64,000 nucleotides of DNA from Macrostomum lignano. Taxonomy: Eukaryota. This document shows, piece by piece, positions 47,623 through 57,745 of the stretch. How positions within the stretch are numbered: position 1 is the stretch's first letter; each line of letters opens with the position of its first letter. The stretch covers positions 62,001 through 126,000 of the forward strand of contig NIVC01001833.1 in the NCBI GenBank assembly GCA_002269645.1, given 5' to 3'. The notes below the pieces were generated by a model. The model was not told where the DNA came from, made no database searches, and saw only the letters and a list, made by a program, of their open reading frames with translations. The position numbers were made by a program, and so were the translations under genes.

Positions 47623-48578
47623 TGTTGTAGGGGTAACTTCTGTCCCTACAAATGATTTCACCGCTGTCACTAAAAGCTGTCGTAGGGCTCTTAATTATTC
47701 CTTTTGCTAGCCTTACTAGCTGCCACCAAAGTTGTTGCAGGTGTGTTTCCTGTGCACTGAGAATGCCACCAAGTTGTAACAGGGGTGATTCTTTCTTTTT
47801 AATAATAATTTCACACTGTCACCAAAAGCTATCACAGGGCTAATTTACTAATCTCTTAAGTGTTCTTCTTAGGTTGGTAGCTGCCACCAGGATTATCCTA
47901 TTAATAAATTATGAGTTTATCAATCTTAGAATAATCCGAGAAATGTTTCTTAGAATAGGTCTGGGTATTTAGTCTGAGTATTTAGTCTGAGTATTTAGTC
48001 TTAGAAAAACTGTTAGCCCTGAGATTTAACTCTTCTAATTATTCTGGTAGCGTTCTATTATTCTGGTAGCGTTCTACTTAATAATGGCCTGAGCGGTATT
48101 TTGGCTTACTGGTATATGTATTTCATGTACTTTGCAAGTCCTTGGGCGTTACCGAGATCAGAGGGTCACAGCCTCCGGTTATTCTTACACGTATTACTTC
48201 AGATCTACTTCGCAACTTCTTACTACTCAACACTTTCCTTCTCAGTAGTATATACGGTACACACTTCCGTCTACTTCACTCTTTCTTAAAAAAAAGAATT
48301 AACACGGAAAACACTTCTTCAATTCTTATTTTCTCGGAACTCTTCTATTTGCTATCAATTGCTTATTGCGAACCGCGATGCGCGAGGTTGGTCTCTCCTC
48401 TGCCAAAAACGCTTCTATTTATACTAAAATTTGCTACAGTTTTAAACAAAAATTCGTTAGTGCAAAATATTATAGAAAATACGAGTATTAAAACAAAATA
48501 TGTTTCTTAGTTTTGGCGTAAATTCAAATTGACTAAATGGTGACTATTTTATAAAGAAATCGGGAGGGGCCCTGCACA
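47623..48578 (-). repeat. Array LTR1 (outermost 3' LTR, 956 bp)
   Basis: TG...CA ends, TATAAATAG on the minus strand at 48415-48423, and the PPT AGGGGAGGCAGGT adjacent at 48579-48591. Confidence 0.92.
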
Positions 48579-48949
48579 ACCTGCCTCCCCTAAAAAAATT
48601 TTTCGAATAAAAAAATGTTACAAGTACTACTTAAAGCATTTTGAGTGAGAAAAATTTTCAATCAAAGCAATGAGACATAACAGCATATGTATAGTTTTTA
48701 GGCAACAAAAATAATAAAAAACGGAAGGGTGTAATGCAAGCAAAGTTTGTAGCAAGGATTATATGAACAAAGCAAAAAGAAACTGTTCCACAGTATAAAG
48801 TACTGTTCCACAGTATAAGTACAAATTATACAGGATGTGAAAGATAACAAATAATAGGCAAACAATGAACATTGAGTTAACAAGTTGCATGGGTGAGGCA
48901 ACTCACTGTGGATATTACGCGGGATCACTGCCTTCGATGAAGCTGGTCG

Positions 48950-49450
48950 GGCCGTGGCAGCAGCCGATGACGCTGGACAAACAGCAGCCGACAATGTTGG
49001 GCGAGCCGCGACGGCAGCCGATGATGCTGGACAAGCCGCGGCGGTAGCCAATGATGCTGAATAAGCCGCGGCGGCAGCCGATGACACTGAACGAGCCGCG
49101 GCAGCAGCCGATGATGCTGAACAAGCTGCGGCGGCAGCCGATGATGCTGAACGAGCCGCGGCGGCAGCCGATGATGCTGGACAAACAGCAGCCGACAATG
49201 TTGGGCGAGCCGCGGCGGCAGCCGATGATGCTGGACAAGCCGCGGCGGTAGCCAATGATGCTGAATAAGCTGCGGCGGCAGCCGATGACACTGAACGAGC
49301 CGCGGCGGCAGCCGATGATGCTGAACAAGCCGCGGCGGCAGCCGATGATGCTGAACGAGCCGCGGCGGCAGCCGATGATGCTGAACGAGCCGCGGCGGCA
49401 GCCGATGATGTTAGGCGAGCCGCGGCGGCAGCTGATGGTGCTGGACAAGT
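48950..49450. repeat. GC-rich 30/24-bp minisatellite inside the internal domain (repeated at about 53524-54024 and 58117-58617)
   Basis: Unit GAGCCGCGGCGGCAGCCGATGATGCTGAAC. Confidence 0.9.
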
Positions 49451-51444
49451 GCTGCCTGCCACTGATGACTGACGTCTATCGTGGTGTTCGCTTGGAGGCA
49501 AACTCTCGCTTTTCGAGGGGGCTAATGGGGTTACGTGGTCGTCAAATGTAATGGCTCTCTCTAGTGTTCGCTTGGTTGTCTCTTATTGGCTCATAACTGC
49601 ACACGGTTGCTAAGCGTTGCTAGGATTTTTATAGACTTTAGATTTCTTCACACAATTCTCTGCATTTCTACTACTAGTAATGCGCAATGTTTTTGTGTTT
49701 TTAAATTTTTAAACTTTTTATATTTTGTCAATGTTATTTTACAACAGATTTTCTTCATAGAGCATTTTGATTTTTAAGCAAACCTATTTACAATTTAATA
49801 CTTGGCATGATACAATTTTGATTATTTCAGATAATGGGCGTATCGCCTGCGGGGGGCGAATCCTGAGGTGACAACTCTCTCATTTCTTGGTCTCAAATTA
49901 TAATGCGGCCTATGCTCAATCCTTTCGTCTTCATTTCTTTCTCTCCTATCTAATTCTAATGCGTCATCTGTTTCGGCTGGCTCAGTTTTCTCACTATCTG
50001 TTGACTCATCTTCTTGCTCAAATTCTTCTTCATGCTTTAGTTAGTTAGTTATGTAATTATTGGATTTGTTTGGTTTCAAGCCTCTACTTTCCGAAAATGC
50101 TATGTTCTCAGGAATGGGCTAAAATTGGCTGTCAGTGGACTACCTTGCTTTCTCCAAAAGAACAGTGAGCACTCCTTCCAGTATTCCATTTTTCAAATGT
50201 CTTTCCGATTTTCAGGATCCTTGAGAGAGGTCTTAAAATGGTTACACCATGCCTTTCTAAGCGGGATCAAGAAATTTCCGTTCTTTCTATTTTTAGATTT
50301 TCTCTGACAAACTCTTCACTTTTCTCATCTCTCGAATTCTCTCTTATTTTTGTTCTTCACAGACTATCGCATCCATTTAGACAGCAATGATATCTGATCT
50401 AAAGAGGGACACCATGAGATAGCTGATCGGATTTTTCTTGGCTTTTTCTCACAATTTTCTCCTGTCTCCTCACTTTATCAAACTCTCAATTCTTCTGGTT
50501 CACTTCTTTGACTTTGCTTCTGTACTTCTTCTCGATTTTTCTTCGAATTCTTCTCTTGAATTCGCTTCTCGACTACTCTTGATTCTCTTCTTCAACTTGG
50601 TGTCTATTAGCGCTTGAGGGTGCGGCTAGACTACGTCACTCGATGGTAACAAAAAGTCTTTAGTCTACCTCTTACTTCTAGCACACCTTTTTTTCTAATT
50701 CTCGATTCCTCTCAAATTCTCGTGCTTCTCTTTTCAAATTCCTCGTCTTCTTCTTCAATTCAACTTCTCAGCGTCCTGTATTCTCTTCTCTCTACTGCCT
50801 ATTGTCAGAGTTTATTACATTAATTCTTTAATTATTTCTTCTTCACAGAGCTTCTCACTACTCCGACGCTTATTGTAGACTTCCTATCTTACTTTCTGAG
50901 CAGCCTAACTAACCGAATTAAACCTGTTTTTGTTGATTTTCTGAATTTTCTTTGTCAAAACGGCCCTTTTCGGGGTCACCTAATTCTTTAAGGCTCTTCT
51001 GGAGACTTAGTTTTGCGTAATTTAGTATGCTATTTACATAGTGAATATTTACACAGTTACATTCTAGTCATTTCAAATATGCTAAGAGTCTACTCGAAAA
51101 CTTCGGTAAAACGGCCCTTCTGAGGCTTCTATACCGTATTTTGTTAAGGAAACCTTTCTGAGCTATTTTACTTCAAGCAAATTTGTGCAATAGTGACGTA
51201 TTTACATAATACAGTACTATAATAATCATGCATGTCAAACATTTTAATGAGCTAGCGATTTACATAAGCGGTCTTTTGCTAAAACGGCCCTTTTGGGGCT
51301 CCATTAGGTAATTATGTGCATTATATACTCTGTACGGTCATTTTTATTTTCTTTTCGAAGCTTTTTATAAATTTTTATATTTTTATGAATATATTATGTA
51401 CAATTTTCTTAGCTTAATTGATTCGTGCTAGTAGAAAATTACTC

Positions 51445-52035
51445 TCATCCTTTCTCCTGAGCTCGCTGTCTGGCTTCTCCCAGATTCACTCTGCATCTGT
51501 GACCTGCTTGTGGCCTGATTGGTCCTGGCTTCCCACAGAAGAAGCAATGACCAGGGCTTGGCTCTGGTCTGGCGCCACTAAATCTGTGCGGCGGGCGCGA
51601 TTTTGGCGCCGTCTGGTACTTGTACTGCTGCTGCTGCTCTGATTTCTGTTCTAAGTTCAGATTTGTCAATATGACCGTCAGGGTCATCAAGCACTCGACT
51701 AGGGCTTGGACTCCATTCTCCTCCTGCTTCTGCTGCTTCCTTTCGAACTGCTCAATAACTTGTCGCCTAATGTCTTGATAGTGCTGCTGATCTTGTTTAT
51801 GGCTCATCCTCCGTTTCAGTTCTTCTGGGATGTCTAGATTGGCGAAAAGAGCTACTTTCCGTTTTTCTCCATTCAATCCTTGCATCCTGCATTGCTGCTC
51901 GAATGCATTGATCCACTGCCTGATATTTTTGTCAGGTGTGTACTTCTCAATCTCTACTTGCTTCTCCGTTCCTAATCCTAGCTTCTTTGTCAGCTCTTCA
52001 GCTAGCCTAGCGATTGCATCATTGGCATTAGCCAT
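51445..52035 (-). CDS. gag: Mini-Gag (196 aa), copy 1
   Basis: ATG about 160 nt after the PBS. KQVEIEKYTPDKNIRQWINAFEQQCRM aligns with the neighbouring Gag KQVKIVKFTPSQDIHVWLAAFEQRCEM. It ends with a degenerate knuckle CFFCGKPG. Confidence 0.8.
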   Translation of the reverse strand: MANANDAIARLAEELTKKLGLGTEKQVEIEKYTPDKNIRQWINAFEQQCRMQGLNGEKRKVALFANLDIPEELKRRMSHKQDQQHYQDIRRQVIEQFERKQQKQEENGVQALVECLMTLTVILTNLNLEQKSEQQQQYKYQTAPKSRPPHRFSGARPEPSPGHCFFCGKPGPIRPQAGHRCRVNLGEARQRAQEKG

Positions 52036-52192
52036 CTTTCTTCTTGATTCTAACTACTGTTCCTAATTCTAAAATTTCTCACTGATGATCTTCAATTACC
52101 GGAGTTCTTTGCCGTTTCTCTGATCTGTCTAGTTCTGAAATTCTGGCCGTTTCTCTGATCTGTCTAGTTCTGAAATTCTGGCCGTTTCTCTG

Positions 52193-52210
52193 ATCCCACC
52201 GCTGCCACCA
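52193..52210 (-). other. Primer binding site, perfect tRNA-Leu(AAG/UAG) match (also 56767-56784; one mismatch at 61360-61377)
   Basis: TGGTGGCAGCGGTGGGAT lies 5 nt from the LTR end. Confidence 0.88.
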
Positions 52211-52215
52211 AAAGC

Positions 52216-53152
52216 TGTCGTAGGGGTAACTTCTGTCCCTACAAATGATTTCACCGCTGTCACTAAAAGCTGTCGTAGGGCTCTTAATTATTCCTTTTGC
52301 TAGCCTTACTAGCTGCCACCAAAGTTGTTGCAGGTGTGTTTCCTGTGCACTGAGAATGCCACCAAGTTGTAACAGGGGTGATTCTTTCTTTTTAATAATA
52401 ATTTCACACTGTCACCAAAAGCTATCACAGGGCTAATTTACTAATCTCTTAAGTGTTCTTCTTAGGTTGGTAGCTGCCACCAGGATTATCCTATTAATAA
52501 ATTATGAGTTTATCAATCTTAGAATAATCCGAGAAATGTTTCTTAGAATAGGTCTGGGTATTTAGTCTGAGTATTTAGTCTGAGTATTTAGTCTTAGAAA
52601 AACTGTTAGCCCTGAGATTTAACTCTTCTAATTATTCTGGTAGCGTTCTACTTAATAATGGCCTGAGCGGTATTTTGGCTTACTGGTATATGTATTTCAT
52701 GTACTTTGCAAGTCCTTGGGCGTTACCGAGATCAGAGGGTCACAGCCTCCGGTTATTCTTACACGTATTACTTCAGATCTACTTCGCAACTTCTTACTAC
52801 TCAACACTTTCCTTCTCAGTAGTATATACGGTACACACTTCCGTCTACTTCACTCTTTCTTAAAAAAAAGAATTAACACGGAAAACACTTCTTCAATTCT
52901 TATTTTCTCGGAACTCTTCTATTTGCTATCAATTGCTTATTGCGAACCGCGATGCGCGAGGTTGGTCTCTCCTCTGCCAAAAACGCTTCTATTTATACTA
53001 AAATTTGCTACAGTTTTAAACAAAAATTCGTTAGTGCAAAATATTATAGAAAATACGAGTATTAAAACAAAATATGTTTCTTAGTTTTGGCGTAAATTCA
53101 AATTGACTAAATGGTGACTATTTTATAAAGAAATCGGGAGGGGCCCTGCACA
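52216..53152 (-). repeat. Array LTR2 (937 bp; lacks one copy of a 19-bp duplication)
   Basis: It has one TTATTCTGGTAGCGTTCTA unit, versus two in the other LTRs. Confidence 0.92.
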
Positions 53153-56018
53153 ACCTGCCTCCCCTAAAAAAATTTTTCGAATAAAAAAATGTTACAAGTA
53201 CTACTTAAAGCATTTTGAGTGAGAAAAATTTTCAATCAAAGCAATGAGACATAACAGCATATGTATAGTTTTTAGGCAACAAAAATAATAAAAAACGGAA
53301 GGGTGTAATGCAAGCAAAGTTTGTAGCAAGGATTATATGAACAAAGCAAAAAGAAACTGTTCCACAGTATAAAGTACTGTTCCACAGTATAAGTACAAAT
53401 TATACAGGATGTGAAAGATAACAAATAATAGGCAAACAATGAACATTGAGTTAACAAGTTGCATGGGTGAGGCAACTCACTGTGGATATTACGCGGGATC
53501 ACTGCCTTCGATGAAGCTGGTCGGGCCGTGGCAGCAGCCGATGACGCTGGACAAACAGCAGCCGACAATGTTGGGCGAGCCGCGACGGCAGCCGATGATG
53601 CTGGACAAGCCGCGGCGGTAGCCAATGATGCTGAATAAGCCGCGGCGGCAGCCGATGACACTGAACGAGCCGCGGCAGCAGCCGATGATGCTGAACAAGC
53701 TGCGGCGGCAGCCGATGATGCTGAACGAGCCGCGGCGGCAGCCGATGATGCTGGACAAACAGCAGCCGACAATGTTGGGCGAGCCGCGGCGGCAGCCGAT
53801 GATGCTGGACAAGCCGCGGCGGTAGCCAATGATGCTGAATAAGCTGCGGCGGCAGCCGATGACACTGAACGAGCCGCGGCGGCAGCCGATGATGCTGAAC
53901 AAGCCGCGGCGGCAGCCGATGATGCTGAACGAGCCGCGGCGGCAGCCGATGATGCTGAACGAGCCGCGGCGGCAGCCGATGATGTTAGGCGAGCCGCGGC
54001 GGCAGCTGATGGTGCTGGACAAGTGCTGCCTGCCACTGATGACTGACGTCTATCGTGGTGTTCGCTTGGAGGCAAACTCTCGCTTTTCGAGGGGGCTAAT
54101 GGGGTTACGTGGTCGTCAAATGTAATGGCTCTCTCTAGTGTTCGCTTGGTTGTCTCTTATTGGCTCATAACTGCACACGGTTGCTAAGCGTTGCTAGGAT
54201 TTTTATAGACTTTAGATTTCTTCACACAATTCTCTGCATTTCTACTACTAGTAATGCGCAATGTTTTTGTGTTTTTAAATTTTTAAACTTTTTATATTTT
54301 GTCAATGTTATTTTACAACAGATTTTCTTCATAGAGCATTTTGATTTTTAAGCAAACCTATTTACAATTTAATACTTGGCATGATACAATTTTGATTATT
54401 TCAGATAATGGGCGTATCGCCTGCGGGGGGCGAATCCTGAGGTGACAACTCTCTCATTTCTTGGTCTCAAATTATAATGCGGCCTATGCTCAATCCTTTC
54501 GTCTTCATTTCTTTCTCTCCTATCTAATTCTAATGCGTCATCTGTTTCGGCTGGCTCAGTTTTCTCACTATCTGTTGACTCATCTTCTTGCTCAAATTCT
54601 TCTTCATGCTTTAGTTAGTTAGTTATGTAATTATTGGATTTGTTTGGTTTCAAGCCTCTACTTTCCGAAAATGCTATGTTCTCAGGAATGGGCTAAAATT
54701 GGCTGTCAGTGGACTACCTTGCTTTCTCCAAAAGAACAGTGAGCACTCCTTCCAGTATTCCATTTTTCAAATGTCTTTCCGATTTTCAGGATCCTTGAGA
54801 GAGGTCTTAAAATGGTTACACCATGCCTTTCTAAGCGGGATCAAGAAATTTCCGTTCTTTCTATTTTTAGATTTTCTCTGACAAACTCTTCACTTTTCTC
54901 ATCTCTCGAATTCTCTCTTATTTTTGTTCTTCACAGACTATCGCATCCATTTAGACAGCAATGATATCTGATCTAAAGAGGGACACCATGAGATAGCTGA
55001 TCGGATTTTTCTTGGCTTTTTCTCACAATTTTCTCCTGTCTCCTCACTTTATCAAACTCTCAATTCTTCTGGTTCACTTCTTTGACTTTGCTTCTGTACT
55101 TCTTCTCGATTTTTCTTCGAATTCTTCTCTTGAATTCGCTTCTCGACTACTCTTGATTCTCTTCTTCAACTTGGTGTCTATTAGCGCTTGAGGGTGCGGC
55201 TAGACTACGTCACTCGATGGTAACAAAAAGTCTTTAGTCTACCTCTTACTTCTAGCACACCTTTTTTTCTAATTCTCGATTCCTCTCAAATTCTCGTGCT
55301 TCTCTTTTCAAATTCCTCGTCTTCTTCTTCAATTCAACTTCTCAGCGTCCTGTATTCTCTTCTCTCTACTGCCTATTGTCAGAGTTTATTACATTAATTC
55401 TTTAATTATTTCTTCTTCACAGAGCTTCTCACTACTCCGACGCTTATTGTAGACTTCCTATCTTACTTTCTGAGCAGCCTAACTAACCGAATTAAACCTG
55501 TTTTTGTTGATTTTCTGAATTTTCTTTGTCAAAACGGCCCTTTTCGGGGTCACCTAATTCTTTAAGGCTCTTCTGGAGACTTAGTTTTGCGTAATTTAGT
55601 ATGCTATTTACATAGTGAATATTTACACAGTTACATTCTAGTCATTTCAAATATGCTAAGAGTCTACTCGAAAACTTCGGTAAAACGGCCCTTCTGAGGC
55701 TTCTATACCGTATTTTGTTAAGGAAACCTTTCTGAGCTATTTTACTTCAAGCAAATTTGTGCAATAGTGACGTATTTACATAATACAGTACTATAATAAT
55801 CATGCATGTCAAACATTTTAATGAGCTAGCGATTTACATAAGCGGTCTTTTGCTAAAACGGCCCTTTTGGGGCTCCATTAGGTAATTATGTGCATTATAT
55901 ACTCTGTACGGTCATTTTTATTTTCTTTTCGAAGCTTTTTATAAATTTTTATATTTTTATGAATATATTATGTACAATTTTCTTAGCTTAATTGATTCGT
56001 GCTAGTAGAAAATTACTC

Positions 56019-56609
56019 TCATCCTTTCTCCTGAGCTCGCTGTCTGGCTTCTCCCAGATTCACTCTGCATCTGTGACCTGCTTGTGGCCTGATTGGTCCT
56101 GGCTTCCCACAGAAGAAGCAATGACCAGGGCTTGGCTCTGGTCTGGCGCCACTAAATCTGTGCGGCGGGCGCGATTTTGGCGCCGTCTGGTACTTGTACT
56201 GCTGCTGCTGCTCTGATTTCTGTTCTAAGTTCAGATTTGTCAATATGACCGTCAGGGTCATCAAGCACTCGACTAGGGCTTGGACTCCATTCTCCTCCTG
56301 CTTCTGCTGCTTCCTTTCGAACTGCTCAATAACTTGTCGCCTAATGTCTTGATAGTGCTGCTGATCTTGTTTATGGCTCATCCTCCGTTTCAGTTCTTCT
56401 GGGATGTCTAGATTGGCGAAAAGAGCTACTTTCCGTTTTTCTCCATTCAATCCTTGCATCCTGCATTGCTGCTCGAATGCATTGATCCACTGCCTGATAT
56501 TTTTGTCAGGTGTGTACTTCTCAATCTCTACTTGCTTCTCCGTTCCTAATCCTAGCTTCTTTGTCAGCTCTTCAGCTAGCCTAGCGATTGCATCATTGGC
56601 ATTAGCCAT
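56019..56609 (-). CDS. gag: Mini-Gag (196 aa), copy 2
   Basis: Translation identical to copy 1. Confidence 0.8.
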   Translation of the reverse strand: MANANDAIARLAEELTKKLGLGTEKQVEIEKYTPDKNIRQWINAFEQQCRMQGLNGEKRKVALFANLDIPEELKRRMSHKQDQQHYQDIRRQVIEQFERKQQKQEENGVQALVECLMTLTVILTNLNLEQKSEQQQQYKYQTAPKSRPPHRFSGARPEPSPGHCFFCGKPGPIRPQAGHRCRVNLGEARQRAQEKG

Positions 56610-56789
56610 CTTTCTTCTTGATTCTAACTACTGTTCCTAATTCTAAAATTTCTCACTGATGATCTTCAATTACCGGAGTTCTTTGCCGTTTCTCTGATCT
56701 GTCTAGTTCTGAAATTCTGGCCGTTTCTCTGATCTGTCTAGTTCTGAAATTCTGGCCGTTTCTCTGATCCCACCGCTGCCACCAAAAGC

Positions 56790-57745
56790 TGTCGTAGGGG
56801 TAACTTCTGTCCCTACAAATGATTTCACCGCTGTCACTAAAAGCTGTCGTAGGGCTCTTAATTATTCCTTTTGCTAGCCTTACTAGCTGCCACCAAAGTT
56901 GTTGCAGGTGTGTTTCCTGTGCACTGAGAATGCCACCAAGTTGTAACAGGGGTGATTCTTTCTTTTTAATAATAATTTCACACTGTCACCAAAAGCTATC
57001 ACAGGGCTAATTTACTAATCTCTTAAGTGTTCTTCTTAGGTTGGTAGCTGCCACCAGGATTATCCTATTAATAAATTATGAGTTTATCAATCTTAGAATA
57101 ATCCGAGAAATGTTTCTTAGAATAGGTCTGGGTATTTAGTCTGAGTATTTAGTCTGAGTATTTAGTCTTAGAAAAACTGTTAGCCCTGAGATTTAACTCT
57201 TCTAATTATTCTGGTAGCGTTCTATTATTCTGGTAGCGTTCTACTTAATAATGGCCTGAGCGGTATTTTGGCTTACTGGTATATGTATTTCATGTACTTT
57301 GCAAGTCCTTGGGCGTTACCGAGATCAGAGGGTCACAGCCTCCGGTTATTCTTACACGTATTACTTCAGATCTACTTCGCAACTTCTTACTACTCAACAC
57401 TTTCCTTCTCAGTAGTATATACGGTACACACTTCCGTCTACTTCACTCTTTCTTAAAAAAAAGAATTAACACGGAAAACACTTCTTCAATTCTTATTTTC
57501 TCGGAACTCTTCTATTTGCTATCAATTGCTTATTGCGAACCGCGATGCGCGAGGTTGGTCTCTCCTCTGCCAAAAACGCTTCTATTTATACTAAAATTTG
57601 CTACAGTTTTAAACAAAAATTCGTTAGTGCAAAATATTATAGAAAATACGAGTATTAAAACAAAATATGTTTCTTAGTTTTGGCGTAAATTCAAATTGAC
57701 TAAATGGTGACTATTTTATAAAGAAATCGGGAGGGGCCCTGCACA
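56790..57745 (-). repeat. Array LTR3 (956 bp)
   Basis: Same sequence as LTR4 by eye. Confidence 0.92.

Noticed and set aside
47659-47889. CRISPR array interpretation of the repeat-spacer ladder
   Set aside because: The context is eukaryotic, there are no cas genes, and the repeats are degenerate and match the tRNA-Leu PBS/LTR junction. It is reported instead as a PBS ladder.
48101-48510. ORFs within the array LTR (62 and 122 aa)
   Set aside because: They have non-ATG starts, AT-rich composition and no homology cues; they recur only because the LTR is repeated.
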